NCBI GenBank assembly: GCA_963778655.1
Contig: CAVZVA010000011.1
Location: 512,001-576,000, forward strand
DNA length: 64,000 bases
Direction of reading: 5' to 3'
Origin: an uncultured delta proteobacterium
Lineage (GTDB): Bacteria > Myxococcota_A > Polyangia > Polyangiales > JAFGIB01
This document shows positions 42,014-51,056 of the stretch, piece after piece. Numbering within the stretch: the first letter of the stretch is position 1; the number at the start of each line of letters is the position of its first letter. The position numbers and the translations under genes were made by a program. Under the pieces are notes generated by a model. The model saw nothing but the letters and a program-made list of their open reading frames with translations, made no database searches and was not told the DNA's origin.

Positions 42014-43045
42014 ATGCCCGGTCCAGCACAGACGCCCACGATGTTCGTGAAGGCGGGCGGGCAAAACCCGCTCATGCTGCCGGAATGTCAGAAGGCGCTT
42101 GCCGCCTGTGGCTACAGCCCCGACGACTTCGGCAGCTACAACGACGTGCTGGACCGCTGCGGGCAGGCGCGCAAGAAGACCGGCGGCGCGGCCACCACGC
42201 CCGGCGACGCGCCGCCCCAGGATCCCGAACACAACCCGACCGCGCACGAGGCCTGGCTCGCGACCTGTGAGTCGGGTCACATGGCCGAGAACACCCGTCA
42301 GCAGCAACGCCGCGGGCGCAACCAGACCAGCTACTGCCCGCTCTACGAGTGGCAACATGCCCCGTGCATGCCGCACTCGGGCAAGGCGGGGTGGCGCGAC
42401 ACTCAACACGGCGCGGTGACCGCGACCGACGTTGCGACCTCGAACGCCCAAGGCCAGGGCAATCGCATGGGGGCCGAAGAAGAACGGGCGGCGACGCGGC
42501 GCGCGACGGAAGCGGCGCTCGACTGGGGCATGAACGATCAGCCTGCCGCCGAGCAGCTACGAGCGAAGCGTTTCGCGGCCATCGCAGAGCTGAACGCCGA
42601 GGACAAGGACATCGCCGCGGCCAAGGCGCAGGGCGATGCCAAGTTGAAGCAAGCCATTCAGAAGAAGCACCAGGAGCAGGAGAAGACGGCCGCGGCCTGC
42701 GTCGAGGGGTTCTTCGAGTACCAGTGGCGCAAGATGGCCAACAACACGAAGGACAAGAAGAAGAAGGCCGCCGACAGCGCCGCCGCTAAGAAGCAGGCAG
42801 CTGAGCAGTCCCTGGCGCGAGCGCGCGCCTCTGGCAACCCCGAAGAGGTGCGCAGAGCCGAGGCCGAGTTGCGTAAGGCGAGCGATGAGCACGCGGCCGC
42901 CAACGCCGATTGGAACCGCGTGAAGGACCTCGACCCCAATGACACCGATGCGTGCCTGGGGCAGAGCCGCGGAGCGCGCGCGAGGAGTCCCTCGAGCAGG
43001 AACGCGCCGCCGGCGTCGCCACCGCCCAGCGACGAATCTGTGTGA
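42014..43045 (+). CDS. Putative nuclease-type toxin (Tox-GHH2/HNH-like motif) with C-terminal coiled coil
   Basis: CESGH...YCPLY...APCMPHSG...QHG pattern; Lys/Ala/Gln coiled coil; upstream of immunity-like genes. Confidence 0.5.
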   Translation: MPGPAQTPTMFVKAGGQNPLMLPECQKALAACGYSPDDFGSYNDVLDRCGQARKKTGGAATTPGDAPPQDPEHNPTAHEAWLATCESGHMAENTRQQQRRGRNQTSYCPLYEWQHAPCMPHSGKAGWRDTQHGAVTATDVATSNAQGQGNRMGAEEERAATRRATEAALDWGMNDQPAAEQLRAKRFAAIAELNAEDKDIAAAKAQGDAKLKQAIQKKHQEQEKTAAACVEGFFEYQWRKMANNTKDKKKKAADSAAAKKQAAEQSLARARASGNPEEVRRAEAELRKASDEHAAANADWNRVKDLDPNDTDACLGQSRGARARSPSSRNAPPASPPPSDESV

Positions 43046-43063
43046 TCCACAACGGAGCGTGCA

Positions 43064-43969
43064 ATGACCGATACGTCGAACTACATCCATCGCTTCGACC
43101 ACGCGAGCGGCATGAGCCTGGCAAAGGGCGTGGTCGTGGGCTACCGCTACGAATCGGAAGCCGGCTACCGGGGCGGCGAGGTCGAGTCGTGGCTGCTGCG
43201 CCTGCGCGACCTCGGTCTCATCTTGCGCTGGAACACGCCGGTGAGCGGCGTCTGGTACTCGCCGTCAGGACGGATCTATGTGGCGCTGAACAATGGGGAC
43301 GTGGCCACAATCGAATCGGAGGAAAGCACGAAGGAAAGCCGGCTCGACTCGCTCGGCGTGGCGATGCCGGGTCTATTCGGCCTCGACGACCAACACGTGT
43401 ACGCCTACGGCGGCAGCCCGGAGCAGGGCAAGGTGTTCGCGTTCGATGGCTCGACTTGGTCGCAGCTGCCCGACCCGCCGGATTGGCCGCTTCACCTTCA
43501 CGGTTGCGCTCCTGACTGCCTCTACGCAGCTGCGCGTGACGGGGTGCTCGGGTGGAACGGCACGGACTGGCGTAAGGTGCTCGGTGCTCCCCAGGTCTTT
43601 GCCGGCATCTGGGTCGAGTCGCCAGACGAAGTCTATGCGTGCGGCCGTGGTGGGCTCTTGTTCGACGGCTCCGCTGATGGCTGGGTCGAGAGGGCGCGGT
43701 GGGATGGTCCTCTCGTCGGGGTAGCGCGCTTCCAGGATGCATTGTGGCTGGGCGGCGAGGAAAAGGGGTTGTTGCGCCTGCCGGGCAAGGACCAAGCCAT
43801 CGAGTGCGTCAAGCCCAAGGTCCCGGCGCGCTACCTCGACGCGCGAGAGCAGCTATTGATGGCCACCGACGAGATCGTGGTTGCAACTGCTGACGGCCAG
43901 CAGTTTACAGGCCGCGGTCGGGGCCACCTTCAGCAGTGGCTGAAGGACTATCCCTTCATGTCAGCCTAG
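43064..43969 (+). CDS. Beta-propeller protein, putative immunity protein
   Basis: Repeats VYAYGG/LYAAA/VYACG with FDGSTW/WNGTDW blades; no signal peptide; GGAG RBS; lower GC3. Confidence 0.7.
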   Translation: MTDTSNYIHRFDHASGMSLAKGVVVGYRYESEAGYRGGEVESWLLRLRDLGLILRWNTPVSGVWYSPSGRIYVALNNGDVATIESEESTKESRLDSLGVAMPGLFGLDDQHVYAYGGSPEQGKVFAFDGSTWSQLPDPPDWPLHLHGCAPDCLYAAARDGVLGWNGTDWRKVLGAPQVFAGIWVESPDEVYACGRGGLLFDGSADGWVERARWDGPLVGVARFQDALWLGGEEKGLLRLPGKDQAIECVKPKVPARYLDAREQLLMATDEIVVATADGQQFTGRGRGHLQQWLKDYPFMSA

Positions 43970-43991
43970 TCCGGGCCGGACGCAACCCGCC

Positions 43992-44930
43992 ATGTCGACT
44001 CCCGACCCCAACACCCCCGTCCCGACCGAGTACGTGCTCGAAGACGATCCGAGCGTGCACGTCGCCAACATCGAGCTCGGGGTGACGTTCTACCTTGCAG
44101 ACCCCGTGCACTGGGCGCAGCGGGCAGCCGCGCAGGCGCTGCAGCGCTTCGTGCAGCTCGCCCCGCAGGATTTCCTGCTCTGGTACACGACGTCGCGACT
44201 CGATCACTACAAGCGCGTCACCAAGGCAACGCTGAACGAGGTAATCGATGCCTTCAGCGTACACTGGCTCGGCAAGATCCGGCACGGCTTCGAATTCGTG
44301 CTCGCGGATGACACCGGCAGCGAGTGCACGGCCTTTCGCTACGTCGAGGTCGATCCCGGACGCGTCGAGCGCGCGTCGCTCCTGGAGCTTACGATTCCGG
44401 CGCACTTCGACCCGGCACTGCTGTTGCGGATGGCCGATGCGGTGTTCGAGCTCGGCCCGGTCTGGTGCGGCATCGGCGGCTACGCGCTGCGCTACAACCC
44501 CGAGCACAAGGGTAGCGCGTTCACGGCGGCTCACGGCTGGGCCAAGCGCTACCTCGGCCTCGACATCCAGGACCGCGATCGCATGCCGTGGCTGGTGCGG
44601 GACAAGCTGCCTGGTGTGAGCTGGCTCAACTATCTGGGAGCGCCGTGGCTGCAGGCAAGCGGCCTCGACCTCGTTGCGCTCGAACAGCGGGCCTTCGTGG
44701 AAGCCATCGCCGTTGCACACACACCTTCCGGCGTGCGCATCATGGCTGGCGAGCGTCCGACCATCGCGGACCTCAATCATTTCGAGCAATCGCATGTCTA
44801 TGAGGAGCTGGCTCGCGCGCTCGCGGCCCATCTCGTCCCGGATCCGCCTGCCCTCTACGGCGAGTTCCTGCGCGAGCGGGACGCGGTCGCATGGTTTCGG
44901 CGCCACGTGGACCCGCAGGGTTGGTCGTAG
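43992..44930 (+). CDS. Type VI immunity family protein (DUF3396/TsiV-like)
   Basis: GGYALRYN, RYLGLDI, GVSWLNYLG, IMAGERP, terminal WFRRH. Confidence 0.72.
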   Translation: MSTPDPNTPVPTEYVLEDDPSVHVANIELGVTFYLADPVHWAQRAAAQALQRFVQLAPQDFLLWYTTSRLDHYKRVTKATLNEVIDAFSVHWLGKIRHGFEFVLADDTGSECTAFRYVEVDPGRVERASLLELTIPAHFDPALLLRMADAVFELGPVWCGIGGYALRYNPEHKGSAFTAAHGWAKRYLGLDIQDRDRMPWLVRDKLPGVSWLNYLGAPWLQASGLDLVALEQRAFVEAIAVAHTPSGVRIMAGERPTIADLNHFEQSHVYEELARALAAHLVPDPPALYGEFLRERDAVAWFRRHVDPQGWS

Positions 44931-45069
44931 CGCGCGCAATCGGGGGCCGGCCACCGCACCCCATCGAGCAAACGAAGCCGAGCGACAAGGTAGCCGGCCT
45001 GCGCCTGCGCTGATCCTCGGCTCTCGACGATCAGCGCCTCATGGTGGCACATCGCGGCCGGCCGAGCCG

Positions 45070-45400
45070 CGGGCACGTGAGCCACCGTGCGCATCGCGTC
45101 GAGCGCAACGCTGAACACCGTTCCCCGCACGCGAAGCGTCAGATGGGGCGTATGGACGATGAAGCTGGCGCCTGCCGCTAAGGGCAGGACGTCGCACAGC
45201 CCCTCGCCCGCGACCAAGCGCAGGGGCGCCGAGCTGGCGTGTCCACCGTCACGTCCACACGGGCATCTACCGTCAAGGTCACGACGTCTCCCGATGCGAG
45301 AACCCGGTGGGTCAGCGGCGCCGTCGCGACGTCCGGGACGGCATTCTGCACCGCCGGCTTTCGTGGGGCTTTCGGTCGGTCCACCGAGGGATGAGCCAGT
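45070..45400 (-). pseudogene. FecR-domain gene remnant
   Basis: GEGLCDVLPL...FIVHTPHLTLRVRGTVFSV; flanking parts in other frames; no start or TM seen. Confidence 0.5.
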
Positions 45401-45461
45401 TGAAGCAGGGCGAGCCCTATGCGCCGCGGCGGGGATCGGCCGCGCGGCAGCGGGCGGCGCC

Positions 45462-47903
45462 CTACTCCTGCTCCTTGATGATGAACTGCACGCGCCGGTT
45501 GCGCGCGCGATTGCGGTCGGTGAGATTCGGCACCAGCGGGCGGGTGTCGCCGTAACCCTTGGCGACCAGCCGCGAGGCGTCCACGCCGGCTTCGATCAGC
45601 CACTTGCGCACGGCTTCGGCACGCGACTGCGAGAGCTGCATGTTGACGTCGGGCGACCCGGTGCTGTCGGTGTGGCCCTGGATCTCGACCAGCTTGACCT
45701 GCGGGTTGCGCAGCAGCACGTCCGCGATCTCGCTCAGCAGCGCGTTGCTCTTCTCGCTGATCTGGGCGCTGTTGGTGTTGAAGAAGATCTGCTTGTGGAT
45801 GCGGACCTCCTGCTTGGTCAGCTCCACCTGCGATCGCTTGGGCTTGGGCAGCAAGGTGATCTCGGGCGTGGCGGTGCCGCCGGGCGCGACGTCGAAAGAG
45901 ACCAGGCGGATCAGATAGCCGTCGGCCTCGATGCGCGCGCCATAGCTGCCGGCCACCGCCGACACCACCACGAACTGCCCCTGGTCGTCGGTGACCAGGC
46001 TCTGGGTGGTGGGGCCGATCAGATCCACGTGCGCGCCGGCCACGTGCTTGCCGCCTTCGCCCAGCACCAGGCCGCGCACGCCGCCCGCGCGCGGCTTGGC
46101 CGTGAGCTCGCAGCGCAGCGGCACCAGCACTCCGCTCGCCGCAGCGGCGGTGCCGGCCGTGCCGGGGGCCTGCGTCGGATGCGCCGGCGGGCTTGCCGGC
46201 GCTGCGGGCTGCTGCCCGAGCGCGGCTGCGGGCGCTGCGGCAGCCCGGCCGGGCTGCGCCGGCGCGGCTGCCGGCGTCGTCGCGGGCGCTCCATGCGCGG
46301 GCACGGCCGCGGGCTTGGGGATCTCCACGCTGCAGGTGCGCGAGTCGTAGTCGGGATGGCTGACGTCGAGGCGCGCCTCGCCCGGCGGCAGCTCATAACT
46401 GACGAACAGCCCCTGCTCGTCGGCCTGCTGCGCGGTCAGCCCCAGCCCGGGGTAGGCGATGGTCGCGCCCGCAACCGGCGCGCCGGTGGCCGCGTCGACG
46501 ACCGCGCCTTGTACGCGCGGATTGGGCGGAAGCGGCTTGGGCACCTCGCGCACCACCTCGACCGTCTGCGGCTGGGACGCGGGCCGCTCGCGAGCGTCGA
46601 TCGCGTACGACAGCGCGAGCAACACGTCGTAGGGCTTGTTGCCGGCGAGCTCGCGCACGAAGACCGAGCTGCCGGAGAGCGCCAGATCCAACCCGAGCGC
46701 AAACGACAGGCCGCGCACCGGCGGAAACAGCCGCGCGCCCAGCGTGAGCGTGGACGGCATGGCCGCGAAGCCCTCGGTCTTCAGACACCCGTCGGGATCC
46801 GCGGGGCCGGCCCCGGTGCTGACCAGCAGGCAGCTGTAGCCCTGGCGGTTGACCGGGACCTGCAGTGTCCACTCCAGCAGGGGATGGATGAAGAAGTCGC
46901 GCGCGGCGCGCAGCGGCGCCTCCAGCCCGAGCGCGAAGCCGAGCGCGTCGGTGCGGTTGATGCCGAGCCCGAAGCGCTCGACCCGCCGGATGAGATTGCG
47001 GTCCTCGTCGGCGCGCGGGCGGCGGTCGGCGCCGAGCGCCGCGTAGCGCTGGTTCTCGACGTCCTCGATCAGGTTGGCGGAGTTGTCGAAGTAGTAATCC
47101 AGGCTGAAGCGCGCGATCAGCGGCACCGGCTCATCGAGCTGGCGCAGGTCCGCGCTGGTGTTGCCGCGGAAGCCGAAGCTCATCGCGCTCAGCACTGGCC
47201 CGATGTCGCCCACGGTGTTGAGCACCGCGAAGCGCAGATCGCCACCCAGGGTGAGCCACGGGGTCAGCGCGTGAAAGCCCTTGGCGCCGATCAGGGTGTC
47301 GCCCAGCACCTGCAGCAGCTGCGGCAGCTCCTGGTTGTTGTAGTTCGCGTGGTTGGCCACCGAGCCGTACAGCTCGAAGTAATCGGTCAGCGTCCAGCTC
47401 AGCGAGAGCGTGCCGCCCGAGTAGTCGTCGGTGTCGCCCGCCAGCAAGAAGTCGTGGCTGATGAAGAAGTCGACCCCGAGCTGCAGCCGCAGCGTGCCGG
47501 CGGGTCCCGAGCCGGCGTCGACCACGTGCAGGCCGCCGACCGGGCCGAACCAGGTGTTCTGCGCGCGCAGGAGCTGGGCGTCGCGCGACTCGGGCGGCGC
47601 TTCCGTATCGCCCTTGGGTGGGGCCTCGGGCGGCGCCTCGGCGCCGGGGACGGAGGGCTCGGCCGCGGGCGCGGAAGGCTGCGCGGCGGCCTGCCCGCTC
47701 GCTGCGGCCGCGGCCGGCTGAGCCGGCCCGGGTGCCGGCGCCGCTTCCGGCGCGGGGGTGCCGGCGCCGGAGGTGTTGAACCCGCCCTGGACCCCCGCGT
47801 TCACCTGGGCATGCGCCGGGAGCGCGGCCACGGCCAGACCCAGCCCGAGCAGAGCGAGGCCCAACCTGAAGAAACGGCGCTGCGGACGCGCGGGCTGAGC
47901 CAC
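45462..47903 (-). CDS. OmpA-family outer membrane protein with carboxypeptidase-regulatory-like domains
   Basis: Signal peptide; barrel-like strands; VQGAVVDAATGAPVAGA; EIQGHTDSTG...LSQSRAEAV...NRRVQF. Confidence 0.9.
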   Translation of the reverse strand: MAQPARPQRRFFRLGLALLGLGLAVAALPAHAQVNAGVQGGFNTSGAGTPAPEAAPAPGPAQPAAAAASGQAAAQPSAPAAEPSVPGAEAPPEAPPKGDTEAPPESRDAQLLRAQNTWFGPVGGLHVVDAGSGPAGTLRLQLGVDFFISHDFLLAGDTDDYSGGTLSLSWTLTDYFELYGSVANHANYNNQELPQLLQVLGDTLIGAKGFHALTPWLTLGGDLRFAVLNTVGDIGPVLSAMSFGFRGNTSADLRQLDEPVPLIARFSLDYYFDNSANLIEDVENQRYAALGADRRPRADEDRNLIRRVERFGLGINRTDALGFALGLEAPLRAARDFFIHPLLEWTLQVPVNRQGYSCLLVSTGAGPADPDGCLKTEGFAAMPSTLTLGARLFPPVRGLSFALGLDLALSGSSVFVRELAGNKPYDVLLALSYAIDARERPASQPQTVEVVREVPKPLPPNPRVQGAVVDAATGAPVAGATIAYPGLGLTAQQADEQGLFVSYELPPGEARLDVSHPDYDSRTCSVEIPKPAAVPAHGAPATTPAAAPAQPGRAAAAPAAALGQQPAAPASPPAHPTQAPGTAGTAAAASGVLVPLRCELTAKPRAGGVRGLVLGEGGKHVAGAHVDLIGPTTQSLVTDDQGQFVVVSAVAGSYGARIEADGYLIRLVSFDVAPGGTATPEITLLPKPKRSQVELTKQEVRIHKQIFFNTNSAQISEKSNALLSEIADVLLRNPQVKLVEIQGHTDSTGSPDVNMQLSQSRAEAVRKWLIEAGVDASRLVAKGYGDTRPLVPNLTDRNRARNRRVQFIIKEQE

Positions 47904-48026
47904 GCACCGGTTATAAGGGATTGCGTAACGCTTTGCATGTTCGTGGGTGAGGGCTCGTGTTCGTACGCGCGCGCGCACGGCAGCAGGCCGTCCCTACCTA
48001 TAGACCGCACGGAAGGACCTCGACTC

Positions 48027-49427
48027 ATGCATCTGGAGTTCTACGGCGCCAGCGAGGGCGTGACCGGGTCGCTGCACCGCTTGCACGTGGGCGGCCACGA
48101 CGTGCTGCTCGACTGCGGGCTGTTCCAGGGCCATCGGGCCGAGGCCAACCGCCGCAACCGCGAGCTGCCGCCGTGGGCGACCCAGGCCCAGGCGTTGGTG
48201 CTGAGCCACGCCCATCTCGATCACAGCGGCAACATCCCCAGCCTGGTGAAGCGCGGCTTTCAGGGCTCGGTCTTCTGCACCCCCGCGACGCGCGACCTGT
48301 GCAGCGTGATGCTGCGCGATTCGGCCATGATCCAGGAGCAGGACGCGCGCTTCCTGAACAAACGCTATCAGCGCGAGCACGAGCCCACGCGGATCGAGCC
48401 GCTCTACGACGTGGAAGACGCCCAGCGCGCCGTCGGCCACATGATCTCGCTGCCGCTGCACCGCAGCCTCGACGTGGCTCCGGGCGTGCGCGTCACGCTG
48501 CACAACGCCGGGCACGTGCTCGGATCGGCGCTGGTACGGCTCGACCTCGAGGAGAACGGCAAGCGGGTGCGACTGCTGTTCACGGGCGACCTCGGCCGCG
48601 CCGAGCTGCCGCTGCTCGCGTCACCCGAGTCGATCTCGGACGTCGACTACCTGCTGATGGAGAGCACCTACGGCGACCGCTTGCACCCCGAGCTCGCCAG
48701 CAGCGACGAGCAGCTCGGCACGATCGTGCGCGAGACGATCGGACGCGGCGGCCGGGTGTTGATCCCCACCTTTGCCCTGGAGCGCGCGCAGGAAGTGCTG
48801 TTCGCGCTCGAGCGCCTGCACGAGCGCGGCGTGCTGCCGCGGGTGCCGGTGTACATCGACAGCCCGCTGGCGATCGCGATCACCGAGATCTACAAGCTCC
48901 ACCCCGAGAGCCTGAGCGCGGACGTGGCGCAGCGTATCCTCGAGCGCAACGACCCGTTCTCGCCGCCGGGCCTGCACTACGTCTCCGACGTCGCCAGCTC
49001 CAAGGCGCTGCAACGCAGCGGCGAGCCCTGCATCGTCATGGCGGGCTCGGGCATGTGCGAAGGCGGACGCATTCTGCACCATCTGACCACCGGCCTGGGC
49101 GAGGCACGCAACAGCGTGGTGATCGTCGGCTTCCAGGCGCAGCACACGCTGGGCCGGCGCCTGGTCGAGCGCCGCCCGCGGGTCAAGGTGTTCGGGATCG
49201 AACGCGACGTCGCCGCTCAGATCCACGTGATCAACGGCCTGAGCGCGCACGCCGACCAGCGCGGCCTGATCGGCTTCGCACGCCAGATCGCGGCGACCGG
49301 TGCGCTGCGCCGCATCGCGCTGGTGCACGGCGAGCAGGGACCGCGCCACACCCTCGCGCTCGAGCTCGCGCGCCAGGGCCTGCCGGAGGTGGTCGAGGCG
49401 AGCAAGGGCGCGCGCCTGCCGCTGTGA
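48027..49427 (+). CDS. MBL-fold beta-CASP ribonuclease
   Basis: DCGLFQG, SHAHLDHSG, AGHVLGS, MESTYGDR, SGMCEGGR, SAHAD, VHGE. Confidence 0.93.
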   Translation: MHLEFYGASEGVTGSLHRLHVGGHDVLLDCGLFQGHRAEANRRNRELPPWATQAQALVLSHAHLDHSGNIPSLVKRGFQGSVFCTPATRDLCSVMLRDSAMIQEQDARFLNKRYQREHEPTRIEPLYDVEDAQRAVGHMISLPLHRSLDVAPGVRVTLHNAGHVLGSALVRLDLEENGKRVRLLFTGDLGRAELPLLASPESISDVDYLLMESTYGDRLHPELASSDEQLGTIVRETIGRGGRVLIPTFALERAQEVLFALERLHERGVLPRVPVYIDSPLAIAITEIYKLHPESLSADVAQRILERNDPFSPPGLHYVSDVASSKALQRSGEPCIVMAGSGMCEGGRILHHLTTGLGEARNSVVIVGFQAQHTLGRRLVERRPRVKVFGIERDVAAQIHVINGLSAHADQRGLIGFARQIAATGALRRIALVHGEQGPRHTLALELARQGLPEVVEASKGARLPL

Positions 49428-49504
49428 TCGTTGCCCGTTCCGAATCGGGCGATTCACAGGAACACGGCAAGGACCGCTGGCTTCCGCGGTGGACGAGAGC
49501 CCGC

Positions 49505-50281
49505 CTACGGCCGCGGCGCCGGACGCACCCAGTGCGCCGGATCGAGCTCGGGCTGTGGCGGGTGCTCGGGCCGCGGCAGGCCGCCGGTTCGATAGCGGAA
49601 CAGCCCGCTCGAGGGGCGCGGTGTGGGGCGCCGCGGCGGCGCCGGCTGCCAGTGGGTAGCGCGCGCCGGACGGGTCAGCAGCCCGGTGGGAATCGGCGGC
49701 GGAACGAAGCTCGGCTCGCGCTGCAGCAGCTCCGGCTCCGGGCTGGGCTCGCTCGCGGGCTGGCTCTGCTCGATCACGGGCTCGAGCCCCTCGGCGGGCG
49801 CCCACGATTCTGGCCGCAGCGAGGCCGGCGCATCGCTGGTTCCGCTGACCAGCAACGAGGTCGCTTCTTCGTACGCCTCGCCACCCGCCTCGCCGGCCTC
49901 CGCCTCCGGCGGCGCGCCCTCGCCCTCGCCCTCGGCCGCCGGCTGGGGCTGCTGTGCGTAGGCCGCGGCACGCACCGCGACGATGTAGTCGTAGACCGGG
50001 CGCGAGCGCTCGTCGAACTGCAGCGTGTCGAGCAGCGTCTCGAAGCGCTGCTCGGCCGGCACGGTGCCACCCTGGTCGCTGACCTGGGCGCACAAGCCGG
50101 CGCCGGCGAAGGCCGGCGTGCCGTCGGCCAGGTAGACCACGAAGCGAACGCCGGCGCCCTGCGGATTGGCGAGCGGCAGCGGCAGCAGCAAGCGCTCGCC
50201 GTCGGCGCGGTTCATGTAGCCCTGGGCCAGCGAGGCGACGTCGGGATACGGCGTCATGACCGAAACGATGTCGTCACTCAT
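49505..50281 (-). CDS. Hypothetical protein with possible degenerate PilZ-like (TIGR02266-like) N-domain and acidic/Pro-rich tail
   Basis: YPDVASLAQGY...GVRFVVYLADG; start overlaps the xseB end. Confidence 0.55.
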   Translation of the reverse strand: MSDDIVSVMTPYPDVASLAQGYMNRADGERLLLPLPLANPQGAGVRFVVYLADGTPAFAGAGLCAQVSDQGGTVPAEQRFETLLDTLQFDERSRPVYDYIVAVRAAAYAQQPQPAAEGEGEGAPPEAEAGEAGGEAYEEATSLLVSGTSDAPASLRPESWAPAEGLEPVIEQSQPASEPSPEPELLQREPSFVPPPIPTGLLTRPARATHWQPAPPRRPTPRPSSGLFRYRTGGLPRPEHPPQPELDPAHWVRPAPRP

Positions 50282-50564
50282 CGGCAGCCAGCTCCTTGTC
50301 CAGCGGGCGCGTGCGCACCCCGTCCTCGTCGGCGAGCAGCAGCTCGATGCGGCGCTCGGCCTCGTCCAGCCGCCGTGCGCCCGCGCGCGCCAGCGCCACG
50401 CCGCGCTCGAAAGTGGTGAGCGCCTCCTCGAGCGGCCGCTCGCCGTCCTCGAGCGCCTGCACCACCGACTCGAGCTTCTGCAGGATCTGCTCGAAGGACA
50501 GCTCGGCGTCGCCCTCGGCGGGCTCTGCGGCGGCTGGTTGTGTGCGCTTTTCGTCTTTGGCCAA
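50274..50564 (-). CDS. xseB: Exodeoxyribonuclease VII small subunit
   Basis: SFEQILQKLESVVQALEDGERPLEEALTTFERGV...LDEAERRIELL. Confidence 0.9.
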   Translation of the reverse strand: MAKDEKRTQPAAAEPAEGDAELSFEQILQKLESVVQALEDGERPLEEALTTFERGVALARAGARRLDEAERRIELLLADEDGVRTRPLDKELAADE

Positions 50565-50630
50565 AGGCAGCGCTCCGAAACCCAACGATGCCTGAGCCGC
50601 ACGCCGCAGGTCAACCCGCCGCGGCCGCGC

Positions 50631-51056
50631 TCAGCGCAGCCACAGCCCCTCGTAGCGGGTGAGCCCGCCGTGGCCGCGGGCACGGTTGAGCGCGCGCTTG
50701 GCCAGTGCGTAGACGCGGAAGAAAGCCTCCAGCTGGAGCCGGTCGAGCGCGCGCAGCGGCCGCTGCACGCACACCCACTTGGGATCCTGGGCGCCAGCGT
50801 CGACGAAGCGCACCAGCCCCGCCACCGCGAGCCTGCGCCGCGCATGCCGTGGCAAGCGCGGGCCTAGCACCACGGCATCGATGCGCTCGCCGTCGCCCGA
50901 GCGCGTGCCCGGAACGCTGCCGTAGTTGAACGGGCATGGCAGCGGCGAGACGAAGTCGATGCGCCCGTCGTCGCGGCGCTTGACGCAGGAGAAGCGCGGC
51001 GAGTCGATGATCACCTCGGTCTCGACGGGTGGCTCGGTCATCCTGCTCGCTCGCAT
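50631..51056 (-). CDS. Short divergent family I inorganic pyrophosphatase-like protein
   Basis: PFNYGSVPGTRSGDGERIDAVVL, DAGAQDPKWV, FFRVY; TGATG coupling to the HEAT gene. Confidence 0.75.
   Translation of the reverse strand: MRASRMTEPPVETEVIIDSPRFSCVKRRDDGRIDFVSPLPCPFNYGSVPGTRSGDGERIDAVVLGPRLPRHARRRLAVAGLVRFVDAGAQDPKWVCVQRPLRALDRLQLEAFFRVYALAKRALNRARGHGGLTRYEGLWLR

Noticed and set aside
45087..49427. 1446-aa ORF in the track
   Set aside because: The N-part is antisense to the OmpA gene; only 48027-49427 (beta-CASP) is credible
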